Assembly: GCA_944387445.1 (NCBI GenBank)
Contig: CALXEX010000003.1
Coordinates: forward strand, 24,538-88,537
Reading direction: 5' to 3'
DNA: 64,000 nt
Source of the DNA: an uncultured Clostridia bacterium
GTDB taxonomy: Bacteria > Bacillota > Clostridia > TANB77 > CAG-508
Shown here: in pieces, positions 44,782 through 55,545 of the stretch
Layout of the letters: the number at the start of each line of letters is the position of its first letter
Position numbering within the stretch: position 1 is the first letter of the stretch
Made by a program: the position numbers and the translations under genes
Notes under the pieces: generated by a model
Told to the model about the DNA's origin: nothing
The model's database searches: none
Seen by the model: only the letters and a program-made list of their open reading frames with translations

Positions 44782-46212
44782 ATGGAGGAAAGTTTAATTG
44801 AAGAAATAAAAGTATTAAATAGGGAAAATGATATGTTCGGAACTTATGATAAAGCAATAGCAATTTGTAATTTTTTAAATTTAGAGGATAGTAAGCAATT
44901 ATTAGAAAAAAACAATTTAATTGCTATATATGGTCCATGGGGAATTGGTAAAAGTTGCTTAATGAAAACAATACAAAGTAACTTGCCTGAAAATAAATTT
45001 GAAACAGTATGGTTTGACACTTGGAAATATGAAAAAGATGATAATTTACCATATTCATTGCTAAAATTTATGACTAAGGATAAGAAAATCAGTAAATTAA
45101 AAGAAAATGGAAAAAATATGCTAGAAATAGGATACAGTATATTAAAAAGCATGGCAAAGGGAATAGATGTTAATTTAGGAATAATAAATATAAAGCCAGG
45201 AGAGGCTATAGATGAGGTACAAAAATTAGATGAAGAAAGAGTAAAAAATATAAAAGATAATAAATGCTTGTGGGAAAAAATAGATGAATTCGAAAAAGAA
45301 TATAGTAAAATGACTTTTAATAATAAAAAATTAGTTGTATTTTTAGATGATTTGGATAGATGTGAATCAGAAAATATTATTAATCTAATATCTTCTATAA
45401 AATTGCTATTATCTGTAAATAAAAATATTATATTTATAATTGGAATAGATAAAAAAGCTGTTACTTTAGCATTGCAAAATAAATATAATAATGATTTCAA
45501 CAAAGCAGATGAATATTTAGAAAAAATATTTCCTATTAATTTTAGTATAAGCAATAATATAAATGTAGAAAATTTTGAAGATAGTATTGTTAAGATTATG
45601 AATATTAGCCATGAGGATTCGAAAAAAATAGTGGATTTTTTTGATAGTATTGCTTTTAGCAATTCTAGACATATAAAGAAAGTGTTAAGGAAATATATTT
45701 CAATAAAAGAATATTTAATAAGAAAAAATATTGACTTAAGTAATATATATAATATTATTTTAGTGTTGTATTTTATAATTATACACATTTTTCATAATGA
45801 TGAATATAAATACTTATTATTAGAAAATAAGGAAACAGTTTATAATAAAATATTATTAATAAATTATGATAGAAACACAGGAAGAAAACTAGAAAATCAA
45901 TTTGAGCAATATAATAAAAAGGAGTGCAATGTAAATTATAATAATGGAAAAAAATATGAAGTATTTAAAATATTAGTAAGGTTTTCTTCATATAAATTAA
46001 AAATAAAAGAGTTAAAAGCAGCTAAATACCTTGAAGGAGGAGCATCTATAGAATATTATAATTGGCTTGGATTATTTGATGATTCTATTTGTAAGAATTT
46101 TATTGAATTTATTATGAGTGATACTAATTTTTTAGATATACTTTTTGAAAATAGAACATATAATGATGAAAGAGTATATAATATGATAAATGAAATAAAT
46201 AATATTATATAA
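44782..46212 (+). CDS. KAP-family P-loop NTPase
   Basis: Walker A YGPWGIGKS and Walker B FLDDLDRC with an inserted hydrophobic segment. Confidence 0.7.
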   Translation: MEESLIEEIKVLNRENDMFGTYDKAIAICNFLNLEDSKQLLEKNNLIAIYGPWGIGKSCLMKTIQSNLPENKFETVWFDTWKYEKDDNLPYSLLKFMTKDKKISKLKENGKNMLEIGYSILKSMAKGIDVNLGIINIKPGEAIDEVQKLDEERVKNIKDNKCLWEKIDEFEKEYSKMTFNNKKLVVFLDDLDRCESENIINLISSIKLLLSVNKNIIFIIGIDKKAVTLALQNKYNNDFNKADEYLEKIFPINFSISNNINVENFEDSIVKIMNISHEDSKKIVDFFDSIAFSNSRHIKKVLRKYISIKEYLIRKNIDLSNIYNIILVLYFIIIHIFHNDEYKYLLLENKETVYNKILLINYDRNTGRKLENQFEQYNKKECNVNYNNGKKYEVFKILVRFSSYKLKIKELKAAKYLEGGASIEYYNWLGLFDDSICKNFIEFIMSDTNFLDILFENRTYNDERVYNMINEINNII

Positions 46213-46326
46213 TAAATTTTCTTCCCTCGAAGATGCACAACACAATTTGAAGAAGTTGAAGAATAGGATCCATTGGGACCAGGTCCGTTTGGAGCATTAC
46301 AGAATAACAATAAATTCACTTAAATA

Positions 46327-46360
46327 AAAGGAAAGGCATCAAAATATATGCCTTTCCTTT
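46327..46360. terminator. bidirectional intrinsic terminator between convergent genes
   Basis: AAAGGAAAGGCAT-loop-ATGCCTTTCCTTT. Confidence 0.7.
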
Positions 46361-46406
46361 CATTTATGCTATTTTTAAATATGGCATATTCGCCATATTT
46401 AGAATA

Positions 46407-47084
46407 TCAATTTCTTCTCTTTCCAAAAATAGAAAGAATTCTTAAGAAGATATTGATAAAATCAAGATATAATTGCATTGCACAATAAATATAGATTTTT
46501 TCTTGATCAATATTAGGCTCTAATTGTAAAGCTTTAATTTTATTGATATCATAAACAGTAACGCCAAAGAATACTGCTAAGATGAACCAGTCTAATATTA
46601 AATCCAATACAGAACTATCAAAGAAAAATAAGTTTATTAAGCTAAGTACTAAACCAACAATTAAAAATACATTTAAATATGTATGCCAACTACTTAAATC
46701 TTTGTCTGTTTTATATCCAATCAAACTTAAAATACCAAAAATCAAAGCAGAAGCAATAAATAAAGTAATAATTGAATTTAATTCAAAAACTGCAAAAATA
46801 ACAGATAAAGTTACTCCATTTAATCCGGCATATATAAAATACAGTATTCCAACGATAACTGGTGGTAATTTTCTAAATAGAAGACTAAATAATAAAACAG
46901 CAACTAATTCCGCGATTAATAATCCTGTAAAATAATCATTAAGTACAATGTTAAAAAATAATCCTGAAGAGTAGGTATACCAAGCAATTATTGCAGATGC
47001 TAATAAACCAAGGAACATCCAGAAAAATGTTTTTCCAAAAAGTTTATTTTCAATAGGTGTATTTTGAACTTCATTTTCTTCCAT
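46407..47084 (-). CDS. Bax inhibitor-1/YccA family membrane protein
   Basis: Seven-TM profile and size typical of BI-1. Confidence 0.65.
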   Translation of the reverse strand: MEENEVQNTPIENKLFGKTFFWMFLGLLASAIIAWYTYSSGLFFNIVLNDYFTGLLIAELVAVLLFSLLFRKLPPVIVGILYFIYAGLNGVTLSVIFAVFELNSIITLFIASALIFGILSLIGYKTDKDLSSWHTYLNVFLIVGLVLSLINLFFFDSSVLDLILDWFILAVFFGVTVYDINKIKALQLEPNIDQEKIYIYCAMQLYLDFINIFLRILSIFGKRRN

Positions 47085-47326
47085 AAAATAACTCCTTTCA
47101 TTATAAATTTGTATAAAAGTTCATTTATTATGTATCTCTATAATTTAGTATACAAATAAAAGAGGAAATATGCAATATGTAATTTAAATTCTTAAAATAT
47201 ATTAAAGTTTCTTGAAATTTTATAGAAAGTATGTCATATTAAATAAAGACAAAATGTAAAGTAAAATGATAAAAATGTCCTAAACAGAAACGTCCCCAAT
47301 GGGACATAAAAGGAGGAGATATTTTA

Positions 47327-48016
47327 GTGAAACAAAAAATAAAAAAAGAACTACAAGATTTAGCAGATGTAAAATATAAAGAGTTTCATCAAGGATTATG
47401 TCCTGGTACAGGAAACATAATAGGTGTAAGGGTACCAGTTCTTAGAGATTATGCAAAAAAAATATCTAAGGAATATGAAATTAATGATTTATTAGGAAAT
47501 ATCGATAATGAATATTATGAAGAAATTATGTTACAAGGAATGTTAATTGGACTAAAAAAGGATAAAGAGATAGCCGATGTACTAAAAGATATTGAAAAAT
47601 TAGTACCTAAAATAGATAATTGGGCAATTTGCGATGTGTTTTGTGCAGGACTAAAAATAACGAAAAAACATAAAAAAGAAATGTGGGATTTCTTGCAAAA
47701 ATATTTAAATTCGGACAAAGAATTTGAAATTCGATTTGGTGTTGTGATGCTATTAGATTATTATATATCAGAAGAGTATTTAGATAAGGATTTTAAAATA
47801 TTTGATGATATCAAAAGTGAGAAATATTATGTTCAAATGGCAGTAGCATGGGCAATATCTATATGTTTAATCAAATTTTATGATAAAACAATAGAATATC
47901 TAAAACAGGCGAAAATAGATAAATTCACATATAACAAAGCATTGCAAAAAGCAATAGAATCATACAGAATAACAGAAGAACAAAAAACAGAATTAAGAAA
48001 AATGAAAAAAATCTAA
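47327..48016 (+). CDS. DNA alkylation repair protein (AlkD/AlkC-like HEAT-repeat glycosylase family)
   Basis: Family-typical N-terminus (KYKEFHQGLCPGTGNIIGVRVPVLR) and WAICD motif. Confidence 0.6.
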   Translation: MKQKIKKELQDLADVKYKEFHQGLCPGTGNIIGVRVPVLRDYAKKISKEYEINDLLGNIDNEYYEEIMLQGMLIGLKKDKEIADVLKDIEKLVPKIDNWAICDVFCAGLKITKKHKKEMWDFLQKYLNSDKEFEIRFGVVMLLDYYISEEYLDKDFKIFDDIKSEKYYVQMAVAWAISICLIKFYDKTIEYLKQAKIDKFTYNKALQKAIESYRITEEQKTELRKMKKI

Positions 48017-48131
48017 AATTATATTTGATAAATATTGTTTTTATGTTATAGTAATAAAGAAAGTTTGTAAAACAAAATCAAAGTGTTATACAATAAAGCA
48101 AAAAATACAAAAGAATACAAAGGAGATAATC

Positions 48132-49859
48132 ATGAGAAGAGGAAAAAGAGAATTAGGAAAAGAACCAAAAACAATATCGTATGGAGAAACAGAAAAAAAG
48201 AAAAAAATTATCATTGCAACAGGAATAATTATCATAACAATGATTATATTATTTATCATAGCGATGATAGCAAATAATTATATTATTTTAGATAATAATA
48301 CAACAACAAATTTAATCATTAATAATACAAATGTAACGTCAAATTTAAAAAATGAAATTATCCAAGAAGATGGTGTTATTTATTTATCAGAAGACGATAT
48401 TGCCAATTTCTTTGATAAACATATTTATTTAGAAGAAGAGAATCAAAAAATTATTACAACGTATGATAAAAAAATAGCAGAAGTGAGTTTAGATGAAGAT
48501 GTAATCAATATCAATGGAGCAGATAAAAATATATCTGCACATGCTGTTGAAAGAGATGGTACTGTTTATATACCAATTTCAGAAATGACAGAAGTATATG
48601 ATATAGAGATTGATAATATTGAGAATACAAACATAATTACAATGGATTCACTAGATAGAGGACAGAATAAAGCGGTTGTCACATCTACTGTATCTGTAAA
48701 ATCTTCAACCAATTTTATAGCAAGAACAGTTGATAGAATAGAAAAAGGAGAAACGGTTATTGTGATTTCTTCTGATGGAGGTTATTCTAAAATAAGGACT
48801 GAAAATGGGAAAATTGGATATATTAAGACCAATAAATTGGCAAATGAATATGTTGTTAGAGAAGATATGCCAGAAGAAAAGCAAATTGAAGGAAAAATCA
48901 ATATGACATGGGATTACTATTCAGAAGTGGGAAGTGCACCTGATAGATCAGGAACAACAATAGATGGTGTCAATGTTGTATCTCCAGCATTCTTCTATAT
49001 AGATGAGAATGGTATTTTTAGAGAAAATATAGGTGCTAGTGGAGAAGCGTATATTGATTGGGCACATGGTAATGGTTATAAAGTATGGCCAATGGTTTCT
49101 AATGCGCCAGCAGCAAATGAAAGCTTAGAAATCACATCAGAAATCATGAATAGTTATGAAAATAGAAAACAATTAATAGAGCAAATTGTTGAAGCATGTG
49201 TTACATATGACCTAGATGGAATTAATATAGATTTCGAAAATATGAAACAAGAAGATAAAGATGTATATTCAAGATTTATAATAGAATTAACACCAAGATT
49301 AAATGAAATGGGAATGGTTGTTTCAGTTGATGTAACAGCACCAGATGGTGGAGAAACATGGTCAATGTGTTTTGATAGAAATGTTATTGGAGATGTAGCA
49401 GATTATATTATATTTATGGCATATGACCAAAATGGTCTTTCAAGTACAAAAGCAGGAACAACAGCAGGATATAATTGGATTGCATTAAACTTAGTAAAAT
49501 TCTTACAGACAGAAGAAATAGATTCAGACAAATTAATATTGGGAATACCATTTTATACAAGATTATGGACAGAAGATTCAAATGGAGAAGTTGTAAGGAA
49601 TCCAACAGTCAATATGGAAGATATAGAAGAAGTATTGCCAGACAATGTGCAAAAAACATGGGATGATGAATTAAAACAATACTATGTAGAATATCAAGAT
49701 GGAAGTTACACTAGAAAAATGTGGATAGAAGATGTAGAATCATTAAAAGCAAAAGTTTCATTGGTTAATGAAAATAATTTAGCAGGTGTAGCATCTTGGC
49801 AATACGGAATGGAAACGGAAGATGTATGGCCAATGTTAAAAGAAGAACTTGAACAATAG
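48132..49859 (+). CDS. membrane-anchored glycoside hydrolase family 18 (YaaH/YdhD-like spore peptidoglycan hydrolase type)
   Basis: N-terminal TM helix; GH18 catalytic motif DGINIDFE. Confidence 0.7.
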   Translation: MRRGKRELGKEPKTISYGETEKKKKIIIATGIIIITMIILFIIAMIANNYIILDNNTTTNLIINNTNVTSNLKNEIIQEDGVIYLSEDDIANFFDKHIYLEEENQKIITTYDKKIAEVSLDEDVININGADKNISAHAVERDGTVYIPISEMTEVYDIEIDNIENTNIITMDSLDRGQNKAVVTSTVSVKSSTNFIARTVDRIEKGETVIVISSDGGYSKIRTENGKIGYIKTNKLANEYVVREDMPEEKQIEGKINMTWDYYSEVGSAPDRSGTTIDGVNVVSPAFFYIDENGIFRENIGASGEAYIDWAHGNGYKVWPMVSNAPAANESLEITSEIMNSYENRKQLIEQIVEACVTYDLDGINIDFENMKQEDKDVYSRFIIELTPRLNEMGMVVSVDVTAPDGGETWSMCFDRNVIGDVADYIIFMAYDQNGLSSTKAGTTAGYNWIALNLVKFLQTEEIDSDKLILGIPFYTRLWTEDSNGEVVRNPTVNMEDIEEVLPDNVQKTWDDELKQYYVEYQDGSYTRKMWIEDVESLKAKVSLVNENNLAGVASWQYGMETEDVWPMLKEELEQ

Positions 49860-50060
49860 GGACGTGCCAAATCGTTTCAAAATGAACCTAAAAGGGACAG
49901 ACCTCAAAATGGTTTGTTCCTTTTATTGTTCCTCTTAATGTGATGAAAAGGTCTGAATAAAAAGTTTTCAAAATCATATGAAAAGCATTAGAAACCCCTT
50001 GACAACAGGTTTTTCAATGGTATAATACTAGTAAAGTGACATTTGGAGGGATTTTGACGA

Positions 50061-50708
50061 ATGCAAAAAGAAAATGTATATTTTTCTGTGGACAAATTTG
50101 ATGAAATGACAGATGAGCAAATTGTATTAGAGGTACAAAAGGGAGATAAACAAGCTTTATCATATGTAATGAATAAATATAAGGAATTAGTGAATATAAA
50201 AGTTAGTAAATACTTTATGGTTGGTGCAGAAAGAGATGATATTGTTCAAGAAGGATTAATTGGATTATTTAAAGCAATTAAGATGTTTAATAAGGATAAA
50301 AATAATAGTTTCAAATCATTTGCAAATATGTGCATTGAAAGACAATTAATAACAGCTATCAAATCTTCAACAAGACAAAAACATATGCCATTAAATTCGT
50401 ATTTATCATTAAATGCTTCTGCATATGATAATGAAGAAGAAAATGGAATGGAATTAATTAATATGCTAGATAATAAAATGGTAGAAGATCCATTAGAAAC
50501 CGTGATGAAAAAAGAGTATTATGAACAAATTGAAAGTTCAATAGAAAAATCTTTAAGTACTTTTGAAAAACAAGTTTTAGATGGGTATGTAAAAGGATAT
50601 AGCTATGTGACAATTGCAAAACAATTGGATTCACCTGTAAAATCCGTAGATAATGCAATACAAAGAATTCGAAAAAAAGCAATTAAAAATATGTTAAATG
50701 AAATTTAA
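50061..50708 (+). CDS. sigH: RNA polymerase sigma-H (sporulation/stationary-phase sigma factor)
   Basis: DDIVQEGLIGLFKAIKMF...SFKSFANMCIERQLITAIK closely follows SigH. Confidence 0.8.
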   Translation: MQKENVYFSVDKFDEMTDEQIVLEVQKGDKQALSYVMNKYKELVNIKVSKYFMVGAERDDIVQEGLIGLFKAIKMFNKDKNNSFKSFANMCIERQLITAIKSSTRQKHMPLNSYLSLNASAYDNEEENGMELINMLDNKMVEDPLETVMKKEYYEQIESSIEKSLSTFEKQVLDGYVKGYSYVTIAKQLDSPVKSVDNAIQRIRKKAIKNMLNEI

Positions 50709-50742
50709 GGGAAATTGAGAATAAACTCAATTTCCCTTTTTC

Positions 50743-50818
50743 TGGGGCTTCTAACGGGAATTGAACCCGTGACCTCAGCCTTACCAAGGCTGCACTCTAC
50801 CAACTGAGCTATAGAAGC
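50743..50818 (-). tRNA. tRNA-Thr (anticodon GGT), CCA encoded
   Basis: Cloverleaf GCTTCTA acceptor, anticodon loop CTTGGTAAG, T-arm GGTTCAATTCC; 76 nt. Confidence 0.85.
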
Positions 50819-50919
50819 ATATATAAAATCTATAAACTGTAACCAATTATACAATAGAAAAAAAGAAAAGTAAATATTTCTATTGACTTTTTTTAAAAAA
50901 AGTAATAAAATAAGTAACA

Positions 50920-51157
50920 TAAGATAAAGACAAGTAAGAGAAAAAGTAAAATAAAGGTTGTCTAAAGAGAGGATTGGCTATTAGCTGAGAGCTAATCTAG
51001 AAAAACATATTTGAAAAACTACCTCTTCAAGTTTTTGGTGAATAAGCCAAACGTGTAAGATACGTTATCATCTTTTTAATTAAGTGAAAAATAGGATGGA
51101 ACCGTGTATATAGATGCACTCCTATGGATAAAAAATCCATGGGAGTGTGTTTTTATT
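50920..51157 (+). promoter_or_regulatory. T-box riboswitch leader (threonine specifier ACU/ACC) with terminator
   Basis: TTGACT-17-TAAAAT promoter, AGAGAG GA-motif, specifier region AAAAACUACC, T-box sequence AAUAGGAUGGAACCGUG, and a terminator hairpin with U-tract at 51116-51157. Confidence 0.75.
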
Positions 51158-51922
51158 ATGGAAAGTTTAGGTAGAAGAAAAGCAAGATTTGAAATATTTC
51201 AAAAATTAGAAAGAAATTTTTGTAACCAATCATTATTAGATAACCCAAGGACAGTAGAGGATATATTAAATCAATTTGAAAACTATAGTATGCTTCATAT
51301 GTATTCATCGCAAGCAGACAGAATGAGCGATATCGAATATTTGGATAAGATATTGCCAAGAATGCAAAGTCTATATGAAAATGATTCTCACTTTACTGTG
51401 ACGGATGAAGGTAATATACGAATTTCATTACCATTATTAAGAGATAATGGTAGTGGAAATCTAGAAAAGAAAAAAGAGATACAATATAATAAAACAAATG
51501 GTGGAATGGAAAAGATAAGTATATTAGATTGTATCCAAGATGGAGAAAAAGAATTATCAAAACGTGTTACATACAAGTACAATCAAAATGGAATAGAGAT
51601 GGAAAGAAAGGCAGAAGAATCTGAAAAAACAGGTGAAAGTTCAAAAGAAATTACTGTAACTAAAAAAAGATTAGAAAATCATCCACATATTATAAAAATA
51701 ACAACGCAGATGGGAGAAAGCCAAGAAGATGGATATTATGATATTAGAAATGGTAAACATCTAGAAAATTTAGATCATAAACAGGGGAAAAGAGTAGAAG
51801 GTCAAGAAATAAAGGGATTGACAAAACAAGAACAACAACAAATAATAGCAAAAACAAATTCTATTTATCGAGGTGGACTTGAAAACTTAATGGGAATAGA
51901 CATAGAGCAAAGAAATAGATAA
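51158..51922 (+). CDS. hypothetical protein (254 aa) sited between the thr T-box and thrS
   Basis: ATG directly after the T-box terminator; no recognisable family. Confidence 0.45.
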   Translation: MESLGRRKARFEIFQKLERNFCNQSLLDNPRTVEDILNQFENYSMLHMYSSQADRMSDIEYLDKILPRMQSLYENDSHFTVTDEGNIRISLPLLRDNGSGNLEKKKEIQYNKTNGGMEKISILDCIQDGEKELSKRVTYKYNQNGIEMERKAEESEKTGESSKEITVTKKRLENHPHIIKITTQMGESQEDGYYDIRNGKHLENLDHKQGKRVEGQEIKGLTKQEQQQIIAKTNSIYRGGLENLMGIDIEQRNR

Positions 51923-51941
51923 TGATAAAGGAGGTTTTATT

Positions 51942-53876
51942 ATGTTAAAAGTTACTTTAAAAGATAGCTCAGTAATTGAGGTGGAAAAAGGAACGAGCAT
52001 TCTAGAAGTGGCAAAAAAAATTAGTGAAGGGTTAGCAAGAAATGCAACTTGTGGAGAAGTAGATGGAGAAGTGAAAGACTTAAGATATGAATTACAAGAA
52101 GATTGCAATTTAGTTATTCATACATTTCAAGAAGATGATTTAGAAGGAAAAAAAGCGTATTGGCATACAACATCACATATTATGGCACAAGCTGTAAAAA
52201 GATTATTTCCAGATGTAAAATTTGCTATAGGACCAAGTATTGATAATGGATTTTACTATGATTTTGATGTAGAAACACCATTTACAGATGAAGATAAAGC
52301 AAAAATCGAAGAAGAAATGAAAAAGATTATTAAAGAAGATTTAGAAATTGAAAGATTTTCATTACCTAGAAAAGAAGCTTTAGAACTAATGAAAGACCAA
52401 CCATATAAAGTTGAACTAATAGAAGAATTACCAGAAGGAGAAGAAATTAGTTTCTATAAACAAGGAGATTTTACAGATTTATGTGCAGGACCTCATTTAC
52501 TTAGCACAGGAAAAGTAAAAGCTGTCAAAATTCTTTCATCTTCAGGTGCTTATTGGAGAGGAAGCGAAAAAAATAAAATGCTTCAAAGAATTTATGCCAT
52601 TTCTTTCCCAAAAGCTAGTCAATTACAAGAATATTTAGATTTTTTAGAAGAAGCAAAACAAAGAGATCATAGAAAAATTGGAAAAGATTTAGATATTTTT
52701 ATGACACATAAATTAGTAGGTTCAGGACTTCCAATGTATTTACCAAATGGTGCAACTATAAGAAGAATCTTGGAAAGATATATTCAAGACAAAGAAATTG
52801 CATTAGGATATGCGCATGTTTATACACCATCACTTGCCAATGTAGAATTATACAAAACAAGTGGACATTGGGATCATTATAAAGAAGATATGTTCCCTGT
52901 TATGAAAATGGATAATGAAGAAATGGTATTAAGACCAATGAACTGTCCACATCATATGTTGATATATAAACATCAAATGCATTCATATAGAGATTTACCA
53001 ATTCGTATAGGAGAATTAGCACATGATTTCCGCTATGAATCAAGTGGTAGTGTTTGTGGACTAGAAAGAGTTCGCCAAATGTGCCAAAATGATGCCCATT
53101 TATTTGTAAGACCAGATCAAATAAAAGAAGAAGTTGGAAGAGTTTTAAATCTAATAAAAGAAGTATATCAAAAAGATTTTGGTTTCCCAGAGTCAGCCTT
53201 TAAATATAGATTATCATTAAGGGACAAAGCAAATAAAGAAAAATATATTGATAATGATGAGATGTGGGAAACAGCAGAAAGTCAATTAAGAGAAATCTTA
53301 AAAGAATTAAATATAGATTTCTATGAAGCAGAAGGAGAAGCAGCATTCTATGGACCTAAAATTGATATTCAAATTAGAACTGCTTTAAATCATGATGTGA
53401 CAATTCCAACTTGTCAATTAGACTTTGCATTGCCAGAAAGATTTGAACTAGAATATATTGGAGAAGATGGAAAAGCACATAGACCAGTTGTTATCCACAG
53501 AGCAATCTTAGGTTCTTCTGATAGATTTATATCTTTCTTATTAGAAGAAACAAAAGGAAATCTGCCTGTATGGGTAGCACCAGTACAAGTAAAAATTCTA
53601 CCAATTACAGATAATCAACATGAATATGCTTATAAAGTAAAAGAAACATTACAATCAAAAGGAATTCGTGTAGAAGTGGATGATAGAAATGAAAAAACAG
53701 GATATAAAATTCGTGAAGCACAATTACAAAAGATTCCATATATGTTAATTGTTGGCGAAAAAGAGGTAGAAGGAAATACAGTATCTATCCGTTCAAGAGA
53801 AGAAGGCGATATTGGTGCAAAATCAGTAGAAGAATTTATAAAAGAAATAATGGAGAAGATAGATAGTAAAAAATAA
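51942..53876 (+). CDS. thrS: threonine--tRNA ligase
   Basis: TGS, editing and class II core with anticodon-binding domain; 644 aa. Confidence 0.95.
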   Translation: MLKVTLKDSSVIEVEKGTSILEVAKKISEGLARNATCGEVDGEVKDLRYELQEDCNLVIHTFQEDDLEGKKAYWHTTSHIMAQAVKRLFPDVKFAIGPSIDNGFYYDFDVETPFTDEDKAKIEEEMKKIIKEDLEIERFSLPRKEALELMKDQPYKVELIEELPEGEEISFYKQGDFTDLCAGPHLLSTGKVKAVKILSSSGAYWRGSEKNKMLQRIYAISFPKASQLQEYLDFLEEAKQRDHRKIGKDLDIFMTHKLVGSGLPMYLPNGATIRRILERYIQDKEIALGYAHVYTPSLANVELYKTSGHWDHYKEDMFPVMKMDNEEMVLRPMNCPHHMLIYKHQMHSYRDLPIRIGELAHDFRYESSGSVCGLERVRQMCQNDAHLFVRPDQIKEEVGRVLNLIKEVYQKDFGFPESAFKYRLSLRDKANKEKYIDNDEMWETAESQLREILKELNIDFYEAEGEAAFYGPKIDIQIRTALNHDVTIPTCQLDFALPERFELEYIGEDGKAHRPVVIHRAILGSSDRFISFLLEETKGNLPVWVAPVQVKILPITDNQHEYAYKVKETLQSKGIRVEVDDRNEKTGYKIREAQLQKIPYMLIVGEKEVEGNTVSIRSREEGDIGAKSVEEFIKEIMEKIDSKK

Positions 53877-53959
53877 ACAAGTTATATAGTAATAAGAAAA
53901 AAAGGGTACACATGATAAAAGGTGTACCCTTAAAAAGTAAACACACTATTAGCAAAAAA

Positions 53960-54100
53960 ATTGATTGAAATAGTTGACACCAATAGCATTTTATGGTAAA
54001 ATAGGTAACTGTAATCCGCTTAGTCAAGGTACATAAATACTAACTAATAGCGTTAGTTACCTTTTTTTAAGGATTAGCGAGTATACAAATAAGGGAGGTG
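53960..54100 (+). promoter_or_regulatory. rplU promoter (TTGACA-17-TAAAAT) and L21-leader-type structured 5' UTR
   Basis: Consensus promoter followed by a long stem AGGTAAC...GTTACCT with a T-tract. Confidence 0.6.
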
Positions 54101-54108
54101 CATTTTAG

Positions 54109-54495
54109 ATGTACGCAATAATTGAAAGCTGTGGAAAACAATACAAAGTAGCAGAAGGAGATGTTGTATTTTTTGAAAAACTAGATGCAGAAGAAGGTAA
54201 AAAAGTTACTTTCGATAAAGTTATCTTAGTTTCAGAAGAAGGAAAAGTACAAATTGGAAATCCTTATGTGAAAGGTGTAAAAGTAGAAGGAAAAGTAGTT
54301 TCTCATGGTAAAGGTAAAAAAATCATTGTTTTCAAAATGAAACCTAAAAAGAATTATAGAAGAAAACAAGGACATAGACAACCATATACAAAAGTAGAAA
54401 TTACATCAATCAAAACAACTGCTAAGAAAGCAGAAACAAAAACAGCAAGTGCAAAGGCTGAAACAAAAAAAGCTACTGAAAAAGCAGAAGCGTAA
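54109..54495 (+). CDS. rplU: 50S ribosomal protein L21 (with Lys/Ala-rich C-terminal extension)
   Basis: [20 protein letters not shown]. Confidence 0.9.
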   Translation: MYAIIESCGKQYKVAEGDVVFFEKLDAEEGKKVTFDKVILVSEEGKVQIGNPYVKGVKVEGKVVSHGKGKKIIVFKMKPKKNYRRKQGHRQPYTKVEITSIKTTAKKAETKTASAKAETKKATEKAEA

Positions 54496-54554
54496 TTATT
54501 TTAGAATAATCAAAATGAGATATAAAAAATCTGAACCGAAAGGAGTGAAAGAGC

Positions 54555-54815
54555 ATGGCTCATAAAAAAGGTCAAGGTAGTAGCCATAACGGTAGAGAGA
54601 GTGAATCAAAGCGTCTTGGAGTAAAAAGAGCTGATGGTCAATTCGTTCTAGCTGGAAATATCTTAGTAAGACAAAGAGGAACAAAAGTACATCCAGGAAC
54701 AAATGTGGGTAAAGGTAGTGATGATACTTTATATGCATTAGTAGATGGAGTAGTTAAATTTGAAAGAAAAGGTAAAGATAAAAAACAAGTTAGTGTTTAT
54801 CCAGTAGAATCATAA
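54555..54815 (+). CDS. rpmA: 50S ribosomal protein L27 (no N-terminal propeptide, no prp gene between)
   Basis: [25 protein letters not shown]. Confidence 0.9.
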   Translation: MAHKKGQGSSHNGRESESKRLGVKRADGQFVLAGNILVRQRGTKVHPGTNVGKGSDDTLYALVDGVVKFERKGKDKKQVSVYPVES

Positions 54816-54967
54816 AATATAAATAAAGAGAATCAAGTTATAAGCTTGGTTCTTTTTTTGTTGTATAGAAAATTGTTTTTTCAATATTTTTCTATAAATA
54901 CTAGTTTTTATATTAGAAATTATATATAATAGAAACAAATAATATTAACATTTAAATTATATTATAA

Positions 54968-55513
54968 ATGAACTTATGGAGTCAAAATATGGAGAACAAT
55001 AATTTTACAGGAAATTCAAATCAAATGATTGATTTTTTAGGAAATAGATGGAATTTTGATTGCTTGGGGTGTGCTATTGTAAAAGGAGAAGTACAAATTC
55101 CAGGAGGTATTATTTATGAAGGAAAACATGCAATATTAGGAGCAGACCCAGAAATTCCAATTCCCGGTTTTTTAATTATAAATGTAAAAAGACATATCTA
55201 TTCATTTTCACAATTAAATAAAGAAGAAAGAAATGAAATAGGAAATCTCATTACATATGCTGAAAAAGCATTAAAAGAATTAAAAATTGTAGATGAAGTA
55301 ACTTTAGTGCAAGAAGAACGTTCGAAACATTTGCATATTTGGATTTTTCCGAATTATGATTGGATGGCAGAAAAATTCGGAAAAGGAATTTCTTATTTAA
55401 GAGAGATTGCCGAATATGCTAAAAACAATCATAACGAAGAAAATAGTAGAAAAGTATTAGAAGTGATAGAAAACATAAAAGAATATTTAAAAAAACATAA
55501 TATTACTGAATAA
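54968..55513 (+). CDS. HIT-family protein
   Basis: Histidine triad HLHIWIF. Confidence 0.6.
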   Translation: MNLWSQNMENNNFTGNSNQMIDFLGNRWNFDCLGCAIVKGEVQIPGGIIYEGKHAILGADPEIPIPGFLIINVKRHIYSFSQLNKEERNEIGNLITYAEKALKELKIVDEVTLVQEERSKHLHIWIFPNYDWMAEKFGKGISYLREIAEYAKNNHNEENSRKVLEVIENIKEYLKKHNITE

Positions 55514-55545
55514 GAGCAAAGTAAAAGGAAAAGAGGCGTAAGTAT

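Noticed and set aside
44844-45788. 314-aa ORF on the minus strand inside the KAP NTPase gene
   Set aside because: Low-complexity Ile/Leu/Phe/Ser shadow ORF of an AT-rich coding region with no start context. The sense-strand gene has clear Walker motifs.
4331-49905. The two best copies of the 45-nt repeat are in inverted orientation 45 kb apart, which could be read as terminal inverted repeats of a huge mobile element
   Set aside because: The enclosed DNA is core housekeeping (polC, uvrA, lexA, rpoZ, gmk, rsmE). A third copy exists in direct orientation, and each copy is tied to a gene 3' end, so a dispersed 3'-UTR/REP-like element explains it better.
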